NCBI GenBank assembly: GCA_963804955.1
Contig: CAWDSQ010000016.1
Coordinates: 32,001-96,000 of the forward strand
Reading direction: 5' to 3'
From: an uncultured delta proteobacterium
GTDB taxonomy: Bacteria; Desulfobacterota; WTBG01; CAIYCZ01; CAIRTM01
DNA length: 64,000 nucleotides
The position numbers were made by a program, and so were the translations under genes. This document shows, one piece after another, positions 33,975-43,332 of the stretch (the stretch's first letter is position 1; the number at the start of each line of letters is the position of its first letter). The notes under the pieces were generated by a model, which searched no databases, was not told the DNA's origin, and saw only the letters and a list, made by a program, of their open reading frames with translations.

Positions 33975-36537
33975 CTACTTTACCGTGAGCGTTCCCGTGC
34001 AGTTGTTAACGGTCACCGTATACTCGTCTCTTTTCAGCTTGAAGGGTCTCAATAGAACCAGCACTTTTATGGCATGCGGCTCTTTCGTTGTTCTTATCCG
34101 CAATGTGCGTATCGCGTCAGTGCCCCAGAGGATATCCCCCCGCTCCACAGAGGGGAAGGTCGTTGCCTCGTCAACTGACAGGGTAATGATCCTGAACGGA
34201 AAAATGAAGCTGAACAGTTTTCTGATCGGCGAAACAGTCAGCTTGCATTCGGTTTCATTGTCGACGCACTCGGTCTCGTCGATCTGCCCGTCGCAGTTAT
34301 TGTCGATGCCGTCGTCACAGATCTCTATGGCCCCGGGATGAACAGCGGAATTATTGTCATTGCAGTCGGTACCTTCAGAACACATCCCGGGGATGAACCC
34401 CGCATACCCGTCCCCATCGCTGTCAATGCAGCCATTGTACACAAGCCTGACGCTGGAGTTGCTTGTATCAGCTATATACATATCACCCGAGGCGGCAATC
34501 ATCACGCCATCTGGCCTGTTGATTTTCGCAGCCGGAGCCAGGCCCGCCGTCACCGCTATAGCCGGCAGTGCCGGTGCCGGCAAAAGTAGTTATGGTGCCG
34601 TTGTCTGCAACCCGGCGGATGCGATTGTTGGCGCCGTCCGCTATATAGAGAGCACCCTGGCTGTCGAGCGCAACAGCCCAGGGATTGTGTAACTTCGCCG
34701 CCGTTGCAGTCCCGCCGTCGCCTGAATACCCGAACTGTCCGGTACCGGCAAAGGTAGTGATGGTTCCGTTGTCGGACACTTTACGAATACAATTGTTCAT
34801 TGTATCGGCTATGTAGACGGTGCCGGAACCGTCAACCGCAACGCCGTAGGGGTTTCTCAGCTCTGCCGCTGTGGCCGTGCCATTGTCGCCTGAATAGCCG
34901 GGGGCGCCAGTCCCGGCAAAAGTGGTAATGGTGCCGTTATCGGCCACCCTGCGGATAACGTGATTGTCGGAATCGGCAATATAGACGATACCCGTGCCGG
35001 TAACCACCATACGCCGCGGGGCCGCCTGAGCTGTGCAGCTGTGGCAAGTCCACCATCACCGGAATACCCGCCTGTACCGGTGCCGGCAAAGGTGGTAATC
35101 GTGCCGTTGTCAACAACTTTACGGATGACGTGGTTAGTCATATCCGCGATATACATGCTCCCCAGGTCGTCAATCGTCACGCAGGCAGGATTATTCAACT
35201 CTGCTGCGTCAGCCGGTCCGCCGTCGCCGGAATACCCGTACTGGCCGTTACCTGCAAAGGTGGTGATCGTGCCTGACATATCGATTTTGCGGATTCGGCT
35301 GTTGCCAAAGTCTGCAATATAGAGGTTGCCGAGGCTGTCGAGAGCTGTCGAGGTCGGGTACCCCAGCGGGGCCTCTGCAGCCGGCCCGCCGTCGCCGCCA
35401 TAGCCCGCGGGTCCATTGCCGGCAACCGTGTCGATCGTGCCGCCGATATCCACCATGCGGATTCTGTTGTTTTCGGTATCGGAAACATACACGTTTCCGG
35501 AACTGCCGGCGTCGACACCGCCGGGAAAATAGAGCCTTGCTGCCGTGGCAGGCCCGCCATCACCGGCGAAGCTGTACCCCTGGCCGTTGCCGGCAAAGGT
35601 GGAAATGGTGCCGTTGTCAGACACTCTGCGGATGCGGTTATTTGTTCTGTCGGCAATGTAGAGATTGTTCATCCCGTCGGTTGCCACATCATAGGGATAA
35701 TTAAGCTGAGCTGCCTCTGCCGGGCCGCCGTCGCCGGAGTAACCTGCTGCGCCGGTGCCGGCGAAGGTGGAGATGGTGCCGTTGTCAGACACTCTGCGGA
35801 TGCGATTATTACTCGAGTCGGCGATATAGACAGCACCGCTGCCGTCAGTTGCAACTTTGAACGGATAATAAAGCCGGGCTGCCTCTGCCGGGCCGCCGTC
35901 GCCGGAGTAGCCGCCGGCTCCGGTACCGGCGAAGGTGGACATGGTACCGTTGTCAGACACTCTGCGGATGCGATTATTACTCGAGTCGGCGATATAGAAG
36001 CCTCCTGAGCCAGCGAAGAATGAGACCGTGCGGATTTTCCAGCTGGGCTGCCGTTGCAGGCCCGCCGTCGCCGGCATACCCTGCAGTGCCGGTGCCTGCC
36101 ACGGTGGTAATCGTGCCTGACGTATCTATCATGCGAATGCAGTGGTTGTATGTGTCAGCTATGTAGATACTGCCGGAGCCGGCCACCGCAATGTCGTACG
36201 GGCCATTCAGCCGGGCTGACGCGGCCGGCCCCCCATCGCCTGAATATCCCGGCTCGCCGGTGCCTGCCACCGTGGTGATCATGCCCGAGGTTTCGATCTT
36301 GCGCACGCGGTGATTGAATGTGTCTGCCAGATAGATATTCCCGGCGGCATCTACGGCAACAGCATTCGGCTTCAAAAGGGTAATCTGCGTTGCAGGGATG
36401 TTTTCAGCCTCAGTGGCGATCCCCGCAATCTTTTCTATAAGCCACTCTGCAGCCGCCTCCTGCTGCCACAGCAGAAGATACACCGAAAGTGTTACTACCG
36501 CTACGCCCAGCCACGGCCATATAATAGTTCGTTTCAT
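33975..36537 (-). CDS. Large secreted NHL-repeat (teneurin/YD-like beta-propeller) protein with MopE-type Cys/Asp metal-binding repeats; three frameshifts
   Basis: Signal peptide; >10 repeats of YIADxxNxRIRxV...[21 protein letters not shown]...[31 protein letters not shown]. Confidence 0.85.
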
Positions 36538-36714
36538 GGCAAGCCCCCTTTTTAGATGGTTGATAGCATTAATTCAAAAACCTAACAATATTTTGGGGCA
36601 ATTGTAAAGGAATTTCCTGTATGCTTTCTATCTTTTTTTATACATTTTCGGGGGCCGGGTATGAGGAAAAATAGTACAGGTGATTTGTGATTTGCAGGGT
36701 GGAGCTATGCATTA

Positions 36715-37311
36715 TCAGCCGGCAACGAGTTTCCTGCCCAACAGCCGGGCTTTGTTCAATGTCCGCCCGTTTATGTCCTGCTTTTGAGCTCTTGCGGCAA
36801 TGCCGATAGTAAGGACGCCTATGGTCTCGGCGCCGAGCATACCGGCGGCTGTCTTCATAATGCCGGCAACACCCGTCCGCAGCCGGATCAGGAGCGATGG
36901 TGCAGCAGAGGAAATGACCACAACAGCACGCCTGCTTTTTTCTTGTGCACGCACCTTCGGGCTGAGCATACCCCACGGCCACCAGGCATAGCACACCAGC
37001 CGCTCGAGAAATTTTTTCATAACAGCCGTAACGGTATAAAAATTGACGGAAGTACCGAGCACAATGGCGTCCGAGCTTTCCAGCTCATCAAGAATGCTTT
37101 GCATATCGTCGGCAAGCGGGCAGGCGCCCCGACGGAGTCCCTTCTCCTGCGTGCAGGAGCGGCAGTTGGTGCAGAACTCAATGTGCCTGTCAATCAGGTA
37201 GATTTTTGCAGTTTCGGCTCCCGCCTGTTGTGCCGAAGAAAGTATGGCATCGATCACCGTATCAACGGTTCCCTGTTTGCGGTAGCTTCCGACTATGGCT
37301 GTTACTTTCAT
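36715..37311 (-). CDS. Flavodoxin family / iron-sulfur flavoprotein
   Basis: IVGSYRKQG, CTNCRSC...C motif, VNFYTVTAVMKKFLER. Confidence 0.85.
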   Translation of the reverse strand: MKVTAIVGSYRKQGTVDTVIDAILSSAQQAGAETAKIYLIDRHIEFCTNCRSCTQEKGLRRGACPLADDMQSILDELESSDAIVLGTSVNFYTVTAVMKKFLERLVCYAWWPWGMLSPKVRAQEKSRRAVVVISSAAPSLLIRLRTGVAGIMKTAAGMLGAETIGVLTIGIAARAQKQDINGRTLNKARLLGRKLVAG

Positions 37312-37591
37312 CTGTCAGCCCTATACGCGTATTGATAAAGTTCAGCGGATGCCCGACAGTACTGTTTTGCCCCTCATGATTGTCGGGTGCGCTGCGCACT
37401 CTCCCGGCTGTCTCATTTTTTCCCCACTCAACTGATTCAAAAACCTCCCTCTCGTTTACTCCCGGCCAGGTCCACTGTCAGGCATCAGAATGGCCTTTTA
37501 CCGGAACACTGCACTTTCATCCCCGCCGTGCAGGCGGGGAGCATCACTTCTAACTCTGCTCCACATTAGGCTTCATATATTCAGGACCGGA

Positions 37592-38200
37592 CTATGGGCG
37601 GACGGGCAGAAATCCGTATGTCTGCAGCAGGCCGGTGAGGAGCGGAACCGCCTGCTGTTTGTCCGTGACGTCAAGGGTGACAACCGGTGCGGTTTTATTG
37701 TACTGACTGACTGTGTTTGTAACTGCGGCCTCAGCGGCATCGAGGCCTGCGCGCACATTGTTTATGATGAGATCGGCCTTTGCAAGGGCCGCAGCGCGGC
37801 TGGGTTTGGGGGGCTTGTCAGCGCAGATGCGGCTGTCGCACATGAAAACGGCAACGGTGGGGGTGATGTGGGCAAGAACGCTGTTGCCCTCGATGAGCAG
37901 GCGCGGTTTTGCGCCGACCCGCCTGAGCGCTTCGGCCAGGGACTCCTGCAGATGCTCCTCCTGTGCCCGGACCCAGACCACCTGAGCCGCACCGCTTGTT
38001 TTTAAGCGCCAGGTGTCTTTGCCCGCAACCATGATTGAGGCTTTGTCGTCGAGCACCTCGGTGGTCTGATCGTTGATGGTGACTTTAATGGCGGCACAGC
38101 CGGGAAGCAGGGATACGATGCGGCAGCTCAGATCGGTTTTGCCGATGCCGGAATATAGGCCCGAAACGGTGATGATTTTTTGTTCAGCCGGTTGCTGCAT
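37592..38200 (-). CDS. MobB-like P-loop protein
   Basis: SGLYSGIGKT Walker A, AAIK, KDTWRLKTSGA, LIEGNS; directly downstream of moaA. Confidence 0.65.
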   Translation of the reverse strand: MQQPAEQKIITVSGLYSGIGKTDLSCRIVSLLPGCAAIKVTINDQTTEVLDDKASIMVAGKDTWRLKTSGAAQVVWVRAQEEHLQESLAEALRRVGAKPRLLIEGNSVLAHITPTVAVFMCDSRICADKPPKPSRAAALAKADLIINNVRAGLDAAEAAVTNTVSQYNKTAPVVTLDVTDKQQAVPLLTGLLQTYGFLPVRP

Positions 38201-38213
38201 GCGGGCCTGCCCT

Positions 38214-39203
38214 TTAGCCGCCTATTGCCGACATGGTTCTGCTGCATTTTTTATAGGTTGCTTCGCGGATTTCATGGCGCTGTGGCTTTGAGAGAATGGC
38301 CTGTTCGATGACGGCGCTCAGCTCGTCGTCGCAGCAGCCGCTCCGCAGCAGAGGCTTTAAGTCGATTTCATCATCGGAGAACAGGCATGCCCGGAGCTTG
38401 CCGTCGGCCGTGAGCCGCAGCCTGTTGCAGGTTTTGCAGAAATGGCTGCTCAGTGCCGTGATGAACCCGAGCTTGCCCTGCGCCCCTTCCAGCTGAAACA
38501 TTTTTGCCGGGCCGGCTTTTTCGTCGGCCTCAAGCGGGATGAGCGGCCCCAGCGCGCTGATTCTGTTCTGCAGTTCTTCGCTTGAAATGAACTGCGCTTC
38601 TTCCCACATGGTCTGGCCTGCTACGGGCATGAACTCGATGAAGCGGATATGCACCGGCCGGTCCAGGGTGAGCCGTGCAAATTCGACGGCCTCGTCGTCA
38701 TTGACATTGCGCATGGCAACCACGTTTATTTTGATGGGGGCAAAGCCTGCCTCGCGGGCTTTGCGGATGCCGGCAAACACGGCATTGATATCGCCGCCGC
38801 GGGTGATTGTTCTGTATTTCTCCGGGTCAAGGGTGTCGAGGCTGATATTGATTCGCCTCATGCCGGCCCGGTACAGCGCCTCAGCGCATGCTTCCAGCAG
38901 CACCCCGTTGGTGGTGAGGGAGAGCTCTGCTATGCCGGAAATCCCCTTCAGATCCCCGACAAAGTCGATGATGCCCTTGCGCACCAGGGGCTCGCCACCG
39001 GTGATCCTGATTTTGGTTATGCCTTTTTCAGCCGCGCTGCGGGCCACGCGCAGGATTTCCTCGTAACGCAGTATCGCGTCATGACCCATGGGCGAAATAC
39101 CCTCCTTGGGCATGCAGTAAATGCAGCGCAGGTTGCACCTGTCTGTCACCGAAATGCGCAGGTAGTTTATATGGCGGTTGAAGGTATCAAGCAGCTTCGG
39201 CAT
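38214..39203 (-). CDS. moaA: GTP 3',8-cyclase MoaA
   Basis: YLRISVTDRCNLRCIYC, RITGGEP, FCKTCNRLRLTADG...CL, C-terminal IGG. Confidence 0.98.
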   Translation of the reverse strand: MPKLLDTFNRHINYLRISVTDRCNLRCIYCMPKEGISPMGHDAILRYEEILRVARSAAEKGITKIRITGGEPLVRKGIIDFVGDLKGISGIAELSLTTNGVLLEACAEALYRAGMRRINISLDTLDPEKYRTITRGGDINAVFAGIRKAREAGFAPIKINVVAMRNVNDDEAVEFARLTLDRPVHIRFIEFMPVAGQTMWEEAQFISSEELQNRISALGPLIPLEADEKAGPAKMFQLEGAQGKLGFITALSSHFCKTCNRLRLTADGKLRACLFSDDEIDLKPLLRSGCCDDELSAVIEQAILSKPQRHEIREATYKKCSRTMSAIGG

Positions 39204-39215
39204 TGTTGTTTCCGC

Positions 39216-39253
39216 AAAAATTAAGCCCGGTACTTCCAGTGGAGTACCGGGCC
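39216..39253 (-). terminator. Hairpin + U-rich tail between Moco aptamer and moaA start (expression platform)
   Basis: Minus strand GGCCCGGTACTCCACTGGAAGTACCGGGCTTAATTTTT. Confidence 0.6.
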
Positions 39254-39281
39254 TGCATGCGCATAGACAGCGGTCATACCC

Positions 39282-39378
39282 GTCTCCTTCCCAAATCCGG
39301 GAGGCGCGGCCGTCGCCGGCCGTACCCTGTCGGTTAGACCTCCTGCGCTACTGGCGCAGGCTGAATAACTCCAGAGAC
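39282..39378 (-). ncRNA. Moco (molybdenum cofactor) riboswitch
   Basis: Minus strand GTCTCTGGAG...AGGGTACGGCCG-GCGA-CGGCCGCGCCTCCCGGATTTGGGAAGGAGAC: P1, AGGG-P4 with GNRA loop, CCUCCC...GGRAAGG; in the moaA leader. Confidence 0.85.
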
Positions 39379-39391
39379 TTTCTTCACTTAA

Positions 39392-39420
39392 CTAATACTG
39401 TATACACCGGAGCTTGTCAA
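39392..39420 (-). promoter_or_regulatory. Sigma-70 promoter for the Moco riboswitch-moaA transcript
   Basis: TTGACA-N17-TATTAG ending about 14 nt before the aptamer. Confidence 0.6.
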
Positions 39421-39526
39421 GAAACGACACCGGTTGAGGCCGCGTGAAGAAGGTTGCGCCGGCGGCAAAACTTGTATGCTGACACTGCAGCTCTTCACGC
39501 ACCACGACAGGATCCCGGCCTATTTT

Positions 39527-39940
39527 ATGCCTTCATCCCCGACTTTCAGCCCCCCGCCGCACAGAGAGACATGATGATCGGCCATGCCCGGAGAGATGCG
39601 CCCAATGAATGCTGCGGGCGTGCTGCTGGGCAGAGACGCGGGTCATGGACCGCCGGTGCCCATGACAAGCGATCCGCCAAGCTCCTGATGCCTATTTTAT
39701 GGATCCCGAGCAGCAGGTAGAGGTGTTTACGGGGGTGGCAAAACGGGGCGAGCGGCTTCTGGGCATTTCTCACTTCGCACCCAAAGGCCCGCCGCAGCCC
39801 TCGGGGGCCGATCTGCAGCTGGCGTTTCATCCCGAGGTGTCTATTTCATTATCTCCCTTTCCGATGCAGCCCGTCCCGAAGTTCGGGCCTTCAATCTGCT
39901 TAGCGGCGAGTTTCATGAAATACCGTTCATCATCAGATAA
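39527..39940 (+). CDS. JAMM/MPN (M67, Mec+-like) metalloprotease, heavily frameshifted
   Basis: HARRDAPNECCG; YFMDPEQQ; a one-base correction restores GI-HSHP...PSGAD (JAMM HxH-x7-SxxD). Confidence 0.7.
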
Positions 39941-40026
39941 ATCTATTTTCGTCCCGTCGCTTCCACCCGCTAACCGAATTATGCAGTACGACTGATTTCT
40001 GCTGGAGCGGAGAATACGATTATCGC

Positions 40027-40155
40027 TTAACCTCTACAAACAGAAAAAAAAACGCCAGGCTTCATTGATTTATGCATGCCGCATTTCGGGCACTGATCGG
40101 GCGGCGCATCGCCGGTGTGAATATAGCCGCAGGTCGTACATCTCCATTTCTTCAT
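40027..40155 (-). CDS. Small rubredoxin-like protein (42 aa; missing from the ORF track)
   Basis: Hand translation MKKWRCTTCGYIHTGDAPPDQCPKCG...; RBS AAGGAG. Confidence 0.85.
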   Translation of the reverse strand: MKKWRCTTCGYIHTGDAPPDQCPKCGMHKSMKPGVFFSVCRG

Positions 40156-40244
40156 AATGCTCTCCTTGCTGTTTTAGGTTCTAAGCTAAGCCCCTCGTGT
40201 GGTATCCGCCTGCACCCCTGTCGCCGCCCTGCAGGCAGACGGCA

Positions 40245-41305
40245 TCACGGACGGGCCTCAAATACAAGATTTATCGGGGTCTGCGCAACCCTGTCTGAAG
40301 CGGCTGAACCCGGCCCGCGTGATAATTTCTCGCAGGCGGCGCTCGCCGGCCTGGCCTCCCAGCGCAGATGCCATTCTCCTGGGCCAGCGCGCCCGGTACG
40401 CACAGCAGCACCGAAGCGCTGTAATACAGGCGCCCTACCGGTGTAAAATTGTCCTCGAGCCGGTCACCGGCAAGCGGTTCCACGATCATCCAGGTTCCGT
40501 CGGGCTTGAGCGCCTGCAGCGCTTTCCGGGCAGCTTTGCCGGGAGCGCCCATATCGTGCAGGCAGTCAAAGGTGGTAATAAAATCATATCCCGCAGGGGC
40601 CAGGTTCTTCCGAGGCGCATACTTCAAAGCGCGCATTGCCGCTAACGCCTGCTTCGGCTGCGGCTTTGCGCGCAGCGGCAATGGACGGGGATGTGAGTCA
40701 AAGCCGGTGAAGGTCGATCGGGAAATGCCTGCGCCATCAGGATGGTCGACGTGCCGAAACCGCAGCCGACATCGGCCACGTTTGCTCCTGCCGCCAAGTT
40801 TTTCAGCAACACCGTCAAGGGCCGGAATCCAGCTCGAAACAAGATTTGCCACATAGTTCGGCCGGTAGAAACGCTCGGCGCCGTGGTAAAACTCATCAGC
40901 ATGCTCATCCCAGCCCACGCCTTTGCCGCTTATGAAGGCCTGTGTTATTTTCGGCTCTGATTTCAGCGCCGCCGTTGCGGCCTGAAATGCGCCTGCCATG
41001 ATAGCAGGGGCTGTTTTGGCGGGCAAGCACCAGGGCCTGCGCTTCTGTCAGAAAAAAGCGCTCTGTGTGCGCATCATAGGAAACATACCCGCCGGCCGCC
41101 ATGGCGGCAAGCCACTCCTGCACATAGCGCTCTGCAACGCCGCATTTCGCGGCAAGCTCGGCCGGGGTCATCGGCTCGGCTCCATCCAGCGCGACAAACA
41201 ATCCCAGCTTATCCCCGATAAGCACAAGCGGCGCATGAAAGGTAGCGCCGATATCTTCAATGACTTTTTGCACAGTTGGTTCAGTTGCTTCTCATCAATT
41301 TCCAT
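40245..41305 (-). CDS. Class I SAM-dependent methyltransferase with N-terminal wHTH (Rv2258c-like), frameshifted
   Basis: IGDKLGLF, ERYVQEWL, VADVGCGFG, FDCLHDM, IVEP, ends NLVFEARP*. Confidence 0.85.
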
Positions 41306-41443
41306 CGCTTTTGTCTCCCCGTTCAACCATGTAGTGGTTTTAGCTGTATGCCCAACAATGCAGCGCAGATGTCCGCCTGTCAAGATAATAGCTTTTTTGA
41401 CCCCTAACTTCAAAGTCTGAAAAAACCTGGCGCATGCTCCGGG

Positions 41444-41849
41444 TCAGGGGGCTGCAAGGCTGCCGCAATAGACAGCCCCGAATTTTTTTAGAAACTCGAT
41501 AAGCACGAAACGGTGACACCTATCAGGGCCGCCGTTGCAGGAGCAGACGAGCACGATTCTGCCGCTTGCAAGAAGTATGTCCCAGTTGTGCATGTGCTCA
41601 ATAAAGCTGCCTTCCCAGAAACCGGCGGTATTCGGCCTGAAATTTTTCAAGGCTTACTCTGCCGAGGCGGTACTCGAACAGCATGGGCCGGGGCGGCGTG
41701 AACACGAAGCTGCCGCCGTTGAACGACACATCGACCCTGTCGTCTCCGGCATAGCCATACGGCGCTGTGTACATTTCGAGCCTGGTGCTGCTCTGCTGCC
41801 GCAGCCTGAAGGCTTTTTCCACATCAACTGGAACTGCTCCCGCTCCCAT
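41444..41849 (-). CDS. DUF488-like protein (one frameshift)
   Basis: FTPPRPML...FQAEYRR; IVLVCSC...RCHRFVL. Confidence 0.55.
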
Positions 41850-41924
41850 ATCCTGCCTTTTTGTGGTTGCAAAAAAAAGTTTTTGCTTTATTTATATATG
41901 TACCAGAAAAAACACGGCTTATCA

Positions 41925-41967
41925 TTGACATAAGTCAAAACAGCCGCGCCTCGAATATGGTATAACT
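41925..41967 (+). promoter_or_regulatory. CRP/FNR-family site plus extended -10 (class II promoter geometry)
   Basis: Perfect TTGAC-ATAA-GTCAA at 41925-41938; TG-G-TATAAC at 41958-41966; site centre about -41.5. Confidence 0.65.
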
Positions 41968-42052
41968 AAAAACAGTGCTGCTGAAACAGAGCGCGTACTT
42001 CCCTGCAGCGCTAAACGTTTAATCAACACAACCATCATAAGGAGAGAAAAGT

Positions 42053-42268
42053 ATGTCACGAGCCGATATGTTTGTAAACCCCACCCGCGAAGACTGGATG
42101 ACCGAAGAGCTCATTCAGAAGCTGAAGGCCGTTTCAAAAGACGGCAAAATCACCTGCGCCGCTGCGCAGCAATTCGCCCGCGACAACGGCATCACGATGA
42201 ACAAAATGAAGGCCTTTGTCGATTTTGTCACCCTGAAGGTGCAAAGCTGCCAGCTGGGGTGCTTTTAA
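42053..42268 (+). CDS. Small Cys-containing protein ending CQLGCF (unknown function)
   Basis: RBS AAGGAG; 'GKITCAAA...KVQSCQLGCF'. Confidence 0.8.
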   Translation: MSRADMFVNPTREDWMTEELIQKLKAVSKDGKITCAAAQQFARDNGITMNKMKAFVDFVTLKVQSCQLGCF

Positions 42269-42306
42269 TTTTTCGCGACACAGAACCATCATTTCGGAGA
42301 CAGCCC

Positions 42307-43332
42307 ATGGTAACCACGCTTCGAGAAGACCTGCGTGAGGCGATACTCTCCAGGCTCGCCAAGAAACAGAACCCCCTGGAGGGGTTTTACTGCGACGAGG
42401 CGACGCGGGAATCCATACTGGCGATCCTGATCGCCGGCCGGCACCTGCTGCTGGAAGGCCCGCCGGGCACGGGCAAAACCACGGTGGCGCGCATTATCGC
42501 CTCGCTTTTGCCGCCGATGGAAACCGTGGCGGATTGCCGCTACAACTGCTACCCCGCGTCCCCGTCGTGCCCTGACTGCACGGGCCGCAAGAGCCACAAA
42601 AAAATCAAGGTGGCCGGTGCGCAGCGCTTTATCCGCATCCAGGGCTCGCCCGAAATGATGCCCGAGGACCTCATGGGCGATCTTGACCCCGTGCTCGCCA
42701 TGAAGCTCGGCATTCAGGATGCCCGCGCGTTCACGCCCGGTAAAATCCAGAAGGCTAACCGCAAGATTCTTTTCATCGACGAGCTCAACCGCGTGCCCCA
42801 GCGAACGCAGAACACGCTGGTGCAGGTGCTCGAGGAGGGCATCACCACCATCGCCGGCTTTGACCTCACCTCAACGGTCGACACGCTGGTGGTGGCCACG
42901 GAAAACCCCGAGGAATACGCGGGCGCGGAGCGCGTGAGCGAAACCCTCTCGGACCGGTTCGAGCAGGTGCGCATCGGCTACCCCTGCGCCGAGGACGAAG
43001 AGGAGATTATCTCAGCGCTACGGCAAGCGCATCGAAGGCGTGAAGGCAGCCGATGATATTATCCGCCAGTCCGTGGCCATCAGCAATATTGCCCGCAGCA
43101 TGCCCGATGAGACTTGAGCGCCTCCCGAGCGTGCGCGCGACGCTTTCGATTTTCGAACAGTCCCAGTCTCTTGCTCGTCTCAAAGGCGCAAAGTCGGTGA
43201 GCAAAGCTGATGTCGAAACCGCGGCGCGGCGCGTACTGGAAGGCCGCCTTGCGGTGAGCAGCGAAAGCAAGTATTTTGAAAAGCAGGATTTGCTGATCGA
43301 GAAAAATCATCGATCAGTCGAAGAAGAATTAA
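42307..43332 (+). CDS. MoxR/ChlI-like AAA+ ATPase (frameshifts near 43015 and 43305)
   Basis: GPPGTGKT, CRYNC..CPDC insert, MGDLDP, LFIDELNR, SETLSDRF, lid 'ERLPSVRATL'. Confidence 0.85.
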
